64,000 nt of DNA from Longimicrobiales bacterium (GCA_965202985.1 CBDBCF010000001.1:1312001-1376000), one strand, 5' to 3'. Positions 10,045-20,249 are shown, counted from the stretch's first letter. A program made the numbers and translations. Notes: generated by a model from the letters alone, not told the origin.

Positions 10045-12849
10045 TCACGCCTTGCAGTCGTACCAGGTCTTCCCGGCCCCGGTGTCCACGCGCAACGGAA
10101 CGGCCAGCTCCGCGGCCGACTCCATGACTTGGACCACTTCGGCCTCGACGTCCTCCACCCGGTCCTCCCGCACCTCGAAGACCAGCTCGTCGTGGACTTG
10201 CAGGAGCATCTTGGCGTCGCCCGCTCGCGCCTCCGCCCCCCCCGGCTCGGGGCCGCCGCCCTCCAGCATCCGATGCAGGCGGATCATCGCCACCTTGATG
10301 AGGTCGGCCGCGGTCCCCTGAACCGGCGTGTTCTGCGCCACCCGCTCGCCGAACTTGCGAACGTTCCACGACTTGGCGCGCAGTTCGGGCACGCGCCGAC
10401 GCCGGCCCATCAGGGTCTCCACGAAGCCCGTCCGCTTGGCGCGCTCCACCTGCTCGTCCAGGAAGCGCCGCACGCCCGAGAAGCGCTCGAAGTAGTCGGC
10501 GATGAACGCCTTGGCCTCGTCCATCGGGATGCCCAGTCGGCGCGCCAGCGAGAACGCGCCCTGGCCGTAGAGCGTAGCGAAGTTGACGGTCTTGGCGCGC
10601 GCGCGCATGTCGCCCGTCACCTGGTCCACGGGGACCCCGAAGATCACGGCGGCGGTCTCCCGGTGGACGTCCTTGTCCTGCTTGAAGGCGCGGACGAAGA
10701 CCGGATCGCCCGAGAAGTGGGCCAGCACGCGAAGCTCGATCTGGGAATAGTCGGCCGTGAGCAGCAGGGCGCCGTCCGCGGCCTTGAACCCCCGGCGGAT
10801 CTCGCGGCCCTCGGCGGTGCGCACGGGGATGTTCTGTAGGTTGGGGTCCGACGACGAGAGACGGCCCGTGGCCGCGACCGTCTGGTTGAAGGTGGTGTGG
10901 ATGCGGCGCGTGGCCCGGTTCTCCAGGGCGGGCAGAGCCTCCACGTAGGTCCCGCGGAGCTTCTCCAGGCGGCGGAACTCGAGCAGCAGCCGAGGCAGCT
11001 CGTGGCCGTCGGCGGCCAGCTCTTCCAGCACGTCCGAGTCCGTGGACGGCCCCGTCTTGGTGCGCTTCAGGACGGGAAGCTCCAGGCGCTCGAAGAGGAC
11101 TTGGCGCAGCTGGGGCGTCGAGTTGAGGTTGAAGCCGCCGCCCGCCACTCGGTGCACATCGTCGCGCACCAGGCGGAGGCTCTCTTCCAGACGCCGGCCC
11201 ATCTCGGCGAAGAAGGGCGCGTCGATCCGCACGCCGTGCATCTCCATCGTCGCCAGGACGGGGATCAGGGGCGTCTCCATCTCGTCGAAGAGGCGGTCGA
11301 GCCCCTGGGCGGCCAGTTCGCCGGCGAAGTGGTCCCACAGGCGGAGCGGCAGTTCGGCGATCTCGCAGGCCAAGTCCAGCACCCGTTCAGCCGGCACGTC
11401 TCCGAAGGCGCGGCGCTCCTTGCCCTTGCCCAGAACCTGCGCCGGCGGGACGGTATCCAGGCCCAGGAAGTCGGTGGCCAACGCCGCCAGGTCTTGATGG
11501 CGACGGCCGGGGTCCAGCACATACGACGCCACCATGACGTCCTTCAGCGGACCCGCCAGCACGATCCCTTCGCGCCGGCAGGCCACCAGAGAGGCCTTCA
11601 GGTCGTGTCCCACCTTGGCCACGCCGGGGTCCGCCAGGAGCTCCCGGACGGGCGCCATCTCGCGGCTGTCCAACGGGGGCAGGTTGGCCACTCGCTCGGG
11701 GTCCGTGGCACCGTCGGTTGCGCCGGTCTCCAGGTCCAGCGCCATGTCGCCCGCGTCGTGGGCCAGCGGCAGGTAGAACGCGCGTCCCGGCGCCGGCGAC
11801 AGCGCCAGCCCCGCGGGGCGGTCTCGGTGGGGGTTGAGGGTTCGGTTCAGCACCGCCACGCCGATGCTTCCGGTCTCCCGACATTCGCGGGCCAACTCCG
11901 CCAGCGAGTCCACATCGGTCGCGAGAATGTGGTCGGCCTTCGAGCGCGACCCCGCATCGGCGCCCAAGCGCTTCAACAGCTCCCGGAACTCGAGCTCCAC
12001 GTAGAGGGCGCGAAGCCGCTCCAGGTCGGGCGGCGACACCCGAAGGGCGCTCGGCTCGGCGTCCAGCGGCACATCGGTGCGGATCGTCACCAGCTCCTTG
12101 GACAGCAGGACCTGGTCCCGGTTGGCCAGCAGGGATTCACGGACGCGCTTTGCCGACAGCTCTTCGGCGTGGTCCAGCACCTCCTCCACCGTGTCGTGGA
12201 CCGCCAGCAGCTTGAGCGCGGTCTTGGGGCCGACGCCCGGGGCGCCGGGCACGTTGTCCGACGCGTCGCCCACCAGGGACATGAAGTCCACGACCCGGCC
12301 GGGGGGCACGCCGAACTTGTCCGCCGCCTTGTCCTCGTCCACCCACTCGGGAGCGACGGCGCCGGGGCCTCCTCGGCCCGGGTTCAGCAGGCGCACGCCG
12401 GGTCCCACCAGCTGGTAGAAGTCCTTGTCGCCCGACACGATCACCGCTTCCATGCCCCGGGCGACCGCCTGCGCCGCCAGCGTCCCGATCACGTCGTCCG
12501 CCTCCCATCCGTCCACCGCAACCACGCGGCTGCCGAACGCCGCCACCAACGCCTCGATGCGCGGCAAGCTTTCCCGGAGCTCGTCGGGCATCTTCTCGCG
12601 CGTGGCCTTGTAGGCCGGGTAGAGCTGCTCCCGGTGGCTGCGCCCGGAATCGAAGACGACCGCCATGTACTCGGGGCGGTGCTCGTCCAGGATGCCCTGC
12701 AGGAAGGAGGCGAAGCCGAACGGCGCCGACGTGTTCTCGCCCTTCGCGTTGGTCAGCGGTCGGTTCGCGAAGGCGAACCAAGCGCGGTAGACCAGGGCGT
12801 AGGCGTCGATCAGGAAGAGTCGGGGCCCAGTCCTGGGCGACTGGTCCAC
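10045..12849 (-). CDS. polA: DNA polymerase I
   Basis: 5'-3' exonuclease motifs (LIDAYAL, EADDVIGT, SGDKD, GDASDNVPG) and Pol A motifs TGRLSSSDPNLQNIP, DYSQIELR and LLQVHDEL. Confidence 0.97.
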   Translation of the reverse strand: MDQSPRTGPRLFLIDAYALVYRAWFAFANRPLTNAKGENTSAPFGFASFLQGILDEHRPEYMAVVFDSGRSHREQLYPAYKATREKMPDELRESLPRIEALVAAFGSRVVAVDGWEADDVIGTLAAQAVARGMEAVIVSGDKDFYQLVGPGVRLLNPGRGGPGAVAPEWVDEDKAADKFGVPPGRVVDFMSLVGDASDNVPGAPGVGPKTALKLLAVHDTVEEVLDHAEELSAKRVRESLLANRDQVLLSKELVTIRTDVPLDAEPSALRVSPPDLERLRALYVELEFRELLKRLGADAGSRSKADHILATDVDSLAELARECRETGSIGVAVLNRTLNPHRDRPAGLALSPAPGRAFYLPLAHDAGDMALDLETGATDGATDPERVANLPPLDSREMAPVRELLADPGVAKVGHDLKASLVACRREGIVLAGPLKDVMVASYVLDPGRRHQDLAALATDFLGLDTVPPAQVLGKGKERRAFGDVPAERVLDLACEIAELPLRLWDHFAGELAAQGLDRLFDEMETPLIPVLATMEMHGVRIDAPFFAEMGRRLEESLRLVRDDVHRVAGGGFNLNSTPQLRQVLFERLELPVLKRTKTGPSTDSDVLEELAADGHELPRLLLEFRRLEKLRGTYVEALPALENRATRRIHTTFNQTVAATGRLSSSDPNLQNIPVRTAEGREIRRGFKAADGALLLTADYSQIELRVLAHFSGDPVFVRAFKQDKDVHRETAAVIFGVPVDQVTGDMRARAKTVNFATLYGQGAFSLARRLGIPMDEAKAFIADYFERFSGVRRFLDEQVERAKRTGFVETLMGRRRRVPELRAKSWNVRKFGERVAQNTPVQGTAADLIKVAMIRLHRMLEGGGPEPGGAEARAGDAKMLLQVHDELVFEVREDRVEDVEAEVVQVMESAAELAVPLRVDTGAGKTWYDCKA

Positions 12850-12868
12850 GAGACCCGGGCCCCCTGGG

Positions 12869-13069
12869 TCAGGCGCGGATCACGTTGGCCGCCTGAAGCC
12901 CCCGCTCCGTCTCCCGAACCTCGAACTCGACCTCTTCGCCCTCCGTCAGAGTTCGGAAGCCGGTCCCCTCGATGGAGCTGAAGTGGACGAAGATGTCGTC
13001 GCCCGACGACTGGGAGATGAATCCGTACCCCTTGGATTCGTTGAACCACTTGACCGTGCCCTTGGCCAT
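12869..13069 (-). CDS. Cold-shock protein (CspA family)
   Basis: 66 aa; GTVKWFN.SKGYGFI and DIFVHFS RNP motifs. Confidence 0.95.
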   Translation of the reverse strand: MAKGTVKWFNESKGYGFISQSSGDDIFVHFSSIEGTGFRTLTEGEEVEFEVRETERGLQAANVIRA

Positions 13070-13175
13070 TCCTGCGATCCTCCTGGGAAGATGAGACCTG
13101 GGAAGACGAGACGCTCCCCTCTGGACCGCCGGCAGCGATCCCGGGCGGCCACTATGGGCGCGCGCGCCGGTCGAG

Positions 13176-13853
13176 TCAAGGACGCGGCCCCAAGACTTCC
13201 TTCAGGTCCTGAATCCTCTCCGAAGTGACCTGCCGCAGGTCTTGGATGCGGTCGCCCACATGTTCCTTCAGGTCGTCGATCCGCTTGTCCACGTGTTCTT
13301 TCAGGTCGTCGATCCGGGTACCCAGGTGCTCCTTGAGGTCGTCGATCCGCATGCCGAGGATCTTCAGGATGCGTTCCTCCGACTCGCGGATCGCCTGGCC
13401 GATCGTCGCGTGAGCGCGCTCGCCCTCGGCCCGCACCGGGGCTACCTCGCCGCGCACCTGTGCAACTTCGCCCCGCACCTGGGCCACCTCCGTCTGCAGT
13501 TGCGCCACCTCGGTCTGCACTTTGGCAACTTCGCCCCGCACTTGCGCGACCTCGGCCTGCACTTGGGCAACGTCGGCCTGCACCTGCGCAACTTCGCCCC
13601 GCACTTGCGCGACCTCGGCCTGCACTTGGGCAACGTCGGTCTGCACCTGGGCAACTTCGCCCCGCACTTGGACCACCTCGCTGCGCACTTGGGCAACCTC
13701 GCCGCGCACCTGCGCAATCTCGCCCCGCACCTGTGCAATTTGGTCCTTCATCTCGTCCCTCAGTTCGTCGATCCGCCGGCCCAGCAGCCGGCTCATGACC
13801 AGGAACCCGGTCGCCAGCGCCGTCAGTCCGCCCAGCCATTCCGCTACCGTCAT
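13176..13853 (-). CDS. Membrane-anchored tandem-repeat coiled-coil protein (heptad + hendecad repeats)
   Basis: AAAGGAGG RBS and ATG at 13853; N-terminal hydrophobic helix, 15 x EVAQVRG-type units, 5 x [15 protein letters not shown] units. Confidence 0.75.
   Translation of the reverse strand: MTVAEWLGGLTALATGFLVMSRLLGRRIDELRDEMKDQIAQVRGEIAQVRGEVAQVRSEVVQVRGEVAQVQTDVAQVQAEVAQVRGEVAQVQADVAQVQAEVAQVRGEVAKVQTEVAQLQTEVAQVRGEVAQVRGEVAPVRAEGERAHATIGQAIRESEERILKILGMRIDDLKEHLGTRIDDLKEHVDKRIDDLKEHVGDRIQDLRQVTSERIQDLKEVLGPRP
13188..13352 (-). repeat. Coding tandem repeat, 5 x 33 bp
   Basis: Recurring TTCAGGTCGTCGATCCG core; encodes RIDDLKEH 11-aa units. Confidence 0.85.
13428..13742 (-). repeat. Coding tandem repeat, about 15 x 21 bp
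   Basis: Recurring GCAACTTCGCCCCGCAC-type units on the + strand; they encode the 7-aa repeats. Confidence 0.9.
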
Positions 13854-14131
13854 TCTACTTCCTCCTTTCGGACGGTCGATGCCGTCCCGTCGTGGTGGTC
13901 CCGCTGCCTGCGGGTCGGGACGGCATGTCCGCCCCAGTCGCCAAGATAACGGCGCCGGCCCGCTGGCCAACTGCCCCGAGGGCCAACCATCCTGCGGGCC
14001 GAGTCCACGGGGACGCGAGCCGCCGACACGCCCCGCCGCCGCTGGAAATCCCAGCCGCAAGTGGCGATATTGCCGGGGCAGTCGTCGCCCTGTAGTTCGC
14101 TACCTCGCCACGAGACAGCCGGGAGGTTCCG

Positions 14132-14326
14132 GTGGCAGATTCCGTCGCCGTCGACGCCAAGCGCATCCTGCTCCGATACGGGGCTCCGATCACCGCGCTG
14201 GACAACGTGTCCGACGAGGAACGGATCGCCTTGGCGCGCGAGATCGCCAAGACGCCGCTTGCCGAGCGCGAGGCCCGCCTCCGCGAGATGCTCGAGAAGG
14301 CGGGCCACGTTCAGCCCGCGGACTGA
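14132..14326 (+). CDS. Small hypothetical protein (64 aa)
   Basis: GGGAGG RBS before GTG; helical, natural-looking sequence with GC3-rich codons. Confidence 0.7.
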   Translation: MADSVAVDAKRILLRYGAPITALDNVSDEERIALAREIAKTPLAEREARLREMLEKAGHVQPAD

Positions 14327-14360
14327 ACCGACGACGCTCGCGTACTGACGGACCGACCCG

Positions 14361-17141
14361 CTAGGGAACGACCTTCCCTTCGGTCTTGGCGAAGTCCCCG
14401 GCCTTGACGAAGGTCATCTTCTCGGCGTCGATCCAGCGTCGGGCCGCGGCGTTGACCTGCTCGACGGTCAGCGACCGAATCTCGTCCTCTCGCCCGGCCT
14501 GCCACGCCATCGTGCGCCCGAAGTACATGTTGCTGTTCAGGGTTCCGGCCAGCGAGGGGTCTTGCGCCCGCTGGAGGTTCGCGGACTGCAGGTAGCCCTG
14601 GATCCCGGCCTCCACCTCTTCGCTGGTGAACCCGTCCGCCAGCACCTTGTCGATCTCTTCGCGGAAGACGGCCTCCAGCTTCTCCCGGTTCTCGGGGGCG
14701 AAGATGGCGAACGCCACGAACTGGCCCTGGTCGTCCAGCGGGTGCAGGGCCAACTGCGAACCAACGCCGTAGCTCAGCCCTTCGTCCTGGCGGATGCGCG
14801 TGGCCAAGCGCGAGTTCAGGAACCCGCCGCCCAGCAGGTAGTTGGCCATCGTCAGCGCCGCGGCGTCCTCGTGTTCCTGCGTCATGGGCAGGGTCATGGC
14901 CGCCAAGAACATGGCGTTGGCCTTGTCGGGCGTCTCGATCTGAATCGCTTCGGCCGGGATCTCCCGGAAGTCGTTGGACGCCCGCTCGAACGACACTTGG
15001 GCAGCCCACTCTCCGAACGCCTCGTCGACGATGCCGGCGGCCTCCGCCTCGTCGAAGTCGCCGACGATGGCCACGGTGGCCGCGTCGGCCCCGAAGAACT
15101 CTTCGTAGAACGCCCGGACCTCCTCCACGGTCAAGGCCTCGATGGCGGCGATCGCCTCTTCGGGCGTGGGCGTGTACTGCGGATGGTCCGGGTCGCGTGG
15201 GTTCATGTGCCGCTGCATGGCGATGACGGCCTGGACCTGGGGCTCGGACTTTTGGATCTCCAGGCCGGCCAGCTGCTCTTCCTTGAGGAGCGCGAACTCG
15301 TCGGCGGAGAACGCCGGCTCGCGGAGCACTTCGGCCAGGAGCCGCAACGCCTCCGCAAAGTGCTCGCGGGTCGCCTGGACCTGGGCCTGCACGACGATCG
15401 GACCGCCGCCAACCGAAAGCTGGGCCTGGAGGCGGTTCATCTCGTCCTCGATCTCCTGACGCGACCGGCGGACGGTGCCCCGCATCAGCATCTGGCTGGC
15501 GGCCTGTCCGGCCTGGGCGCGGCCCGTCAGCGCTTCTTCGGTGCCCAGACGCAGCACCAAGGTCGCCACCACCGTCTCCCCCCGCGTGTCCTTGGGCAGC
15601 AGGGCGACCTTCATCCCGCTGGCCACCTCCCGCACCTGGGTCCGGGCGTCGATGTTGGCCGGCGACGGGTCGAACGCCTCTCCCTCGGCGACGGCTTCCG
15701 CCCCTTCGTAGCCCTCGACGACCGAGGCCACGTCCGGCGCCGCCGGGATCTCGGCCCGGTCCGGCTGGTCGTCGGGGATGAAGACGCCCACGGTGCGGTT
15801 GGAGGGCTTCAGGTAGGCGAGCGCCACGCGCTGCACGTCTTCGGCGGCGACCTCCTTCAGGCGGTCCCGGTGGATGAAGAACAGCCGCCAGTCGCCCATG
15901 GCCCCCCACTCGCTCAGGTCCAGCGCGATCTCGCGCGAGTCGTTGAAGCGCCGCTCAATCGCCGCCAGCCGGGCCTGCCGCGCGCGCTCCACCTCTTCGC
16001 CGGTGACGGGGCTGGTCAGCACGTCCTGGATCGTCTGCGCCATGGCGTCGGCCACCTCGGTCGCCGAACCCTCGTCCCGCACCACGGCGAACGTCATCAG
16101 GTTGCCCGGCTCCCGAAGTTGGCTGGCCTGCGCGAAGATCGACGCGGCCAAGCCCGGCTCCACCAACGCCTGGTAGAGTCGGCCCGAGGGCTCGTCACCC
16201 AGGATCCACGACAGGATGTCCAGCGCGGCGAAGTCCTCGTGATAGCCGGCGGGCACGTGGTACAGGTGCGCCACCAGCTGGGCGTCGCCGGCGCGTCGCA
16301 GCGTGACGGTGCGCTCGCCGTCCTGCGCGGGCTCGGCGGTGTACGTCGGGTAGATCACGTTGTCGCCCGAACGATCGGGCCGGGGCAAGGCGCCGAACTT
16401 CTCGACGACCAGGGCCAGCGCCTCTTCCACGTCGAACTGGCCGGCCACCACCAGCTGCGCGTTGTCGGGCTGGTAGTACTTGCGGTAGAACGCCTGCAGG
16501 CGCTCGATCGGCACGTTCTCCAAGTCCGCGCGCGCGCCGATGGTGGAGTTCCCGTAGTTGTGCCACAGGTACGCCACCGAGTTCATGCGCTTGTAGAGGA
16601 CGTTGAAGGGGCTGTTCTCGCCCGCCTCCCATTCGTTCCGCACCACGGTCATCTCCGACTCCAAGTCCTCTGCGGAGATGAAGGAGTTGACCATCCGGTC
16701 GGCCTCCAGGTCCAGCGCCCACTCCAGGTTCTCGGAGCTGGCGGGGAAGGTCTCGAAGTAGTTGGTGCGGTCCAGCCAGGTGGTGCCGTTGGGCTGCGCG
16801 CCCCGCTCGGTGAGCTCCTGGGGGATGTCGGGGTGGTTCGGCGTGCCCTTGAAGACCAGGTGTTCCAGCAGGTGGGCCATGCCGGTCTCGCCGTACCCCT
16901 CGTGGCGGGAGCCCACGAAGTAGGTGATGTTCACCGTGGTCTGGGGCTGGCTGGGGTCCGGGAAGAGAAGGACGCGGAGGCCGTTGTCCAGCCGGTACTC
17001 GGTGATGCCCTCCACGGAGGGGCCGGGCGTCGGCGCTTGGGCGGCGGCGGAGCCGGGACGCTGGCCGGCGGCTGCGACGGCGAGGACGAGGACGAGGAGG
17101 GCGAGCTTGGCGCGACTCGTTGCCGGGGCGGGGTCGTTCAT
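14361..17141 (-). CDS. M16 family zinc metallopeptidase (pitrilysin/PqqL-like), secreted
   Basis: Signal peptide; GMAHLLEHLVFKG (inverted HxxEH), NGTTWLDRTNY, FYRKYYQPDNA and IRQDEGLSYGVGS; ATGA overlap with the upstream gene. Confidence 0.92.
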   Translation of the reverse strand: MNDPAPATSRAKLALLVLVLAVAAAGQRPGSAAAQAPTPGPSVEGITEYRLDNGLRVLLFPDPSQPQTTVNITYFVGSRHEGYGETGMAHLLEHLVFKGTPNHPDIPQELTERGAQPNGTTWLDRTNYFETFPASSENLEWALDLEADRMVNSFISAEDLESEMTVVRNEWEAGENSPFNVLYKRMNSVAYLWHNYGNSTIGARADLENVPIERLQAFYRKYYQPDNAQLVVAGQFDVEEALALVVEKFGALPRPDRSGDNVIYPTYTAEPAQDGERTVTLRRAGDAQLVAHLYHVPAGYHEDFAALDILSWILGDEPSGRLYQALVEPGLAASIFAQASQLREPGNLMTFAVVRDEGSATEVADAMAQTIQDVLTSPVTGEEVERARQARLAAIERRFNDSREIALDLSEWGAMGDWRLFFIHRDRLKEVAAEDVQRVALAYLKPSNRTVGVFIPDDQPDRAEIPAAPDVASVVEGYEGAEAVAEGEAFDPSPANIDARTQVREVASGMKVALLPKDTRGETVVATLVLRLGTEEALTGRAQAGQAASQMLMRGTVRRSRQEIEDEMNRLQAQLSVGGGPIVVQAQVQATREHFAEALRLLAEVLREPAFSADEFALLKEEQLAGLEIQKSEPQVQAVIAMQRHMNPRDPDHPQYTPTPEEAIAAIEALTVEEVRAFYEEFFGADAATVAIVGDFDEAEAAGIVDEAFGEWAAQVSFERASNDFREIPAEAIQIETPDKANAMFLAAMTLPMTQEHEDAAALTMANYLLGGGFLNSRLATRIRQDEGLSYGVGSQLALHPLDDQGQFVAFAIFAPENREKLEAVFREEIDKVLADGFTSEEVEAGIQGYLQSANLQRAQDPSLAGTLNSNMYFGRTMAWQAGREDEIRSLTVEQVNAAARRWIDAEKMTFVKAGDFAKTEGKVVP

Positions 17142-18913
17142 GATGGTTCTCCGTGGAGCGCAAGAGTTCTGAGGCGGTTCAGGGCGGCGGCAACGTCCTG
17201 CAGTCGCGGGGCGGCCAAGTCGCCGGTTCGTCTCGGGTCCAGAGCGTCCAGGCCGTGCCGTTCCAACAACGCGCCAACTTCGGCGAGCACATCCTCCATG
17301 GTCTTGCCGGCTCCCATGCGCCGCCGCGCCCAGGCCACCGCAAGGGCGACCGCGCGGGCCTGCTCGTGGGAAACGATCTGGGCCACGCCTGAAATGTCTA
17401 TGGTTTCGGCGCCGAATACCACCGCGCGCCGGTCGCGCACCTTGACGTAGCGCTCTCGGCGCCCGCGCTCGGGCCGCACCGAAGCGGCGTCCGGGCAACG
17501 GCGTCGCGACGGCCAGCCGACCGGCCCCTGCGCGGCTTGCCGGCCCGTGGGATGCGCAGCGGCGACCTCGCGCGCCTCGGCGGTCAGGTCCTGCGGCCGG
17601 TAGCGGATCATGCCCACCACGTGGTCCGCCACGTCCAGGTAGTCGCCCGAACCGCCGACGACCAGCACCGTGCCGACGCCCCGGTCCTCGTACAGGCTGC
17701 GCACACGGTCGATGAACGGCGTGATTGGTTCGTCGTTGCCCCGCACCAGCGCCTGCATCCGCCGGTCGCGGATCATGAAGTTGGTGGCGGCCGTGTCTTC
17801 GTCCACCAGCAGCAGGCGCGTGCCGGCCTCCAGGGCCTCGACGGTGGCGGCCGCTTGGCTGGTGGACCCGGAGGCGTTGGCCGTGAAGAACCGGGTCGTG
17901 TCCTGCTCTCCGGGGAGCGCGCCGATGAACGGCGAGATGTCCACGCCCGCTACGGGTCGCCCGTCCTCCGCCTGGAGCTTGACGGCGGTGGCGTCGGTGA
18001 CGACCTGCTCCCGGCCGTCTCCCGGACGGTGGTTGTAGACGCCCCGGGCGATGGCGTCGAGCACCGTGGACTTGCCGTGGTAGCCGCCCCCCACGAGAAG
18101 AGTCACGCCCTGCGGAACGCCCATGCCCGACACCGGCGGGCCGTTGGGGCGCTCGAGCACGACCCGAAACGAGGGCGGCGACTCGAAGGGCACGGCCCGT
18201 TCCGTGGCCAGGGGCCGGTCGTCCACGCCGCTCCTGCGGGGGAGCACGGCGCCGTCGGCCACGAACGACGCCAAGCCTTGTTCCGCAAGCTGCTCCCGCA
18301 GGGCGGCTGCGTCTTCGTTGGTCTCGGCGTGGAGGGCGACCGCGGCGGGATCGTGGGCGGCGCAGGTCAGCGCCGATTCGACCAGCCGGGGCGTCGCTTC
18401 CAGCAGCAGCCGCTCGGCTTCGCGCCCCATGACGCGGCGCCCGCGGGCCGGCAGTCCCACCGTGAACCGCGCCTCGACGGCGCCCTCCGCGTCCACCGTC
18501 ACGGCGGTGTTTGCGAGCACCACCTGGCCCGGGTCCGCCATGGCGATTTCGCCGCTCCGCCCACTTCCAGCGTTCCGCCCGTTTTCGGCCCCCCGCCGAC
18601 CCCCGCCGTCCCGTCCACCACGGCCGCCGCCCTGGATTCGACGGGCCAGCGCCGCGAACCGTCGCGCCAGTAGGCACGAAAGGCCGATCCGGCGCGAAGG
18701 CGAAGTCAGCAGCTCCGCCGGAAAGCCCGCCTCCGAGGGATCGAGCAGGGCGGCAACCCGGGTGGGCGCGGCATAGGGGTCGCCCTGCACCCGCCTGACG
18801 TCCAGCTCGAAGCCCGGAAGGCGCCAACTTCCCCGCACGTCCCGGTACGCCGGGTACCCGCGTCCGTCGATGCGCCGCAGAACGCGAGCGAGGTCGTCGG
18901 CAGTTCGGGTCAT
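17138..18913 (-). CDS. Predicted ATPase of the ABC class (ABC-ATPase domain protein)
   Basis: N-terminal IDGRGYPAY, VQGDPYAAP and GLPARGRR; Walker A GGGYHGKST; NASGSTSQAA; Walker B LLVDEDT; EPITPF. Confidence 0.85.
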   Translation of the reverse strand: MTRTADDLARVLRRIDGRGYPAYRDVRGSWRLPGFELDVRRVQGDPYAAPTRVAALLDPSEAGFPAELLTSPSRRIGLSCLLARRFAALARRIQGGGRGGRDGGGRRGAENGRNAGSGRSGEIAMADPGQVVLANTAVTVDAEGAVEARFTVGLPARGRRVMGREAERLLLEATPRLVESALTCAAHDPAAVALHAETNEDAAALREQLAEQGLASFVADGAVLPRRSGVDDRPLATERAVPFESPPSFRVVLERPNGPPVSGMGVPQGVTLLVGGGYHGKSTVLDAIARGVYNHRPGDGREQVVTDATAVKLQAEDGRPVAGVDISPFIGALPGEQDTTRFFTANASGSTSQAAATVEALEAGTRLLLVDEDTAATNFMIRDRRMQALVRGNDEPITPFIDRVRSLYEDRGVGTVLVVGGSGDYLDVADHVVGMIRYRPQDLTAEAREVAAAHPTGRQAAQGPVGWPSRRRCPDAASVRPERGRRERYVKVRDRRAVVFGAETIDISGVAQIVSHEQARAVALAVAWARRRMGAGKTMEDVLAEVGALLERHGLDALDPRRTGDLAAPRLQDVAAALNRLRTLALHGEPS

Positions 18914-19115
18914 GGGCCGATTTCGGTCCGGGTCGGAGGGGTGCGCGTCGGACTGGACGCGCGAGCTTGCGGGGGCTCGCTTGCAAGCCGCGCAGGGTGC
19001 AATTTCACCCGAGCGCCCGGCGATCGGAACGCTTGCGATCGGAACGCTCGAGGAGACCCCCGATTCGGAGCGCCCTCCGGGCAGCGGCCCAAACGCGAGC
19101 ACACGGAGACCAACC

Positions 19116-20249
19116 ATGAAGCCTTCTTGCCCGTGGCGGCCCGCACTCCCCCTGCCGGCCACGGCCACCTTCCGCCTTGCGACTGCGGCGGCCCTGGTCG
19201 TAGCGGCCGCTTGCTCCAGCACTGGACCCGCCGCGCCCGGCGACGACGCCGGCGACCTGAGCTGCGACGACCTGGATTCGGCGTTCCTGGCCGACGGCGG
19301 CGTGGGACGGGACGGCATCCCGGCCCTCTCGAACCCGCCCTTCGTGAACCTGGACCACGAGACGACTTCGTACTTGTCCGACCGGGCGCGGGTGATCGGC
19401 GCGCGCGTGGGCGGCGAGTGGCTGGCCGTTCCCCACAACGTCATGTACCGCCACGAGGTGGTGAACCTGAACCGGGGCGGCGACCAGGTGGTAGTCACGT
19501 ATTGCCCTTTGACGGGATCGGCGCTGGCCTTCGACCGAACGTCGGCCGGGGGCGCGGAGTTCGGCGTGTCGGGACTGCTCTACCAGGCCAACCTGATCAT
19601 GTACGACCGGACCACCGACGATTCCCTGTGGCCCCAGATGGCGGGACGGGCGGCGTGCGGCCCCCGCAGAGGCCAGCACCTGACGCGCCATCCCGTGCTG
19701 GAAACGACCTGGGGCGGCTGGCGGGAGCTGTTCCCCGGCGGCAGGGTCCTCTCCGTAAGCGCCTTTGACGCGCAGCTCTACGCGGTCAACCCCTACGGCG
19801 CCTCCTACGAGTTCCCGTCCAACGGCGACTACCTGGGCTTCCCCATTCCCCGCGCCGACACCCGACGTCCTCCCAAGGAGCGTGTCCTGGGCTTTCCGTC
19901 TGCCGGTGGAGAAGCCCCCCGAGCGTTTCCGTTCCAGGCCATGGAGGCGCAAGGGGCCGCGTGGACCGGCACGCTGGAGTTCGACGGTCGGCCGGCGGCG
20001 GTCCTGTGGGACTCGCGACGGGCGGCGGCGGTGGCGGTGCGGCCGGTTGCGGCCGGGCGCACCCTGTCGCTCGGGATCGAAGACGGCTGGATCGTGGACG
20101 CCGAGACCGGTTCCCGCTGGTCCGTGCGCGGGCGAGCCGAGTCGGGACCGCTGGCCGGCACGGAGCTTCTCTTGGTCGCGGAGGCCTACGTGGCCTTTTG
20201 GCAGGCGTGGGCGGCGTTCCACCCCGACACCGAACTGGTGATTGAGTAG
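19116..20249 (+). CDS. DUF3179-domain lipoprotein
   Basis: Lipobox VAAAC; GGVGRDGIPAL, HEVVN, TYCPLTGS, FGVSGLLY, NLIMYDR and AWAAFHPDT. Confidence 0.85.
   Translation: MKPSCPWRPALPLPATATFRLATAAALVVAAACSSTGPAAPGDDAGDLSCDDLDSAFLADGGVGRDGIPALSNPPFVNLDHETTSYLSDRARVIGARVGGEWLAVPHNVMYRHEVVNLNRGGDQVVVTYCPLTGSALAFDRTSAGGAEFGVSGLLYQANLIMYDRTTDDSLWPQMAGRAACGPRRGQHLTRHPVLETTWGGWRELFPGGRVLSVSAFDAQLYAVNPYGASYEFPSNGDYLGFPIPRADTRRPPKERVLGFPSAGGEAPRAFPFQAMEAQGAAWTGTLEFDGRPAAVLWDSRRAAAVAVRPVAAGRTLSLGIEDGWIVDAETGSRWSVRGRAESGPLAGTELLLVAEAYVAFWQAWAAFHPDTELVIE

Noticed and set aside
13188..13742. Possible CRISPR array
   Set aside because: Units are contiguous multiples of 3 with no unique spacers and lie in an ORF with an RBS; no cas genes are present.
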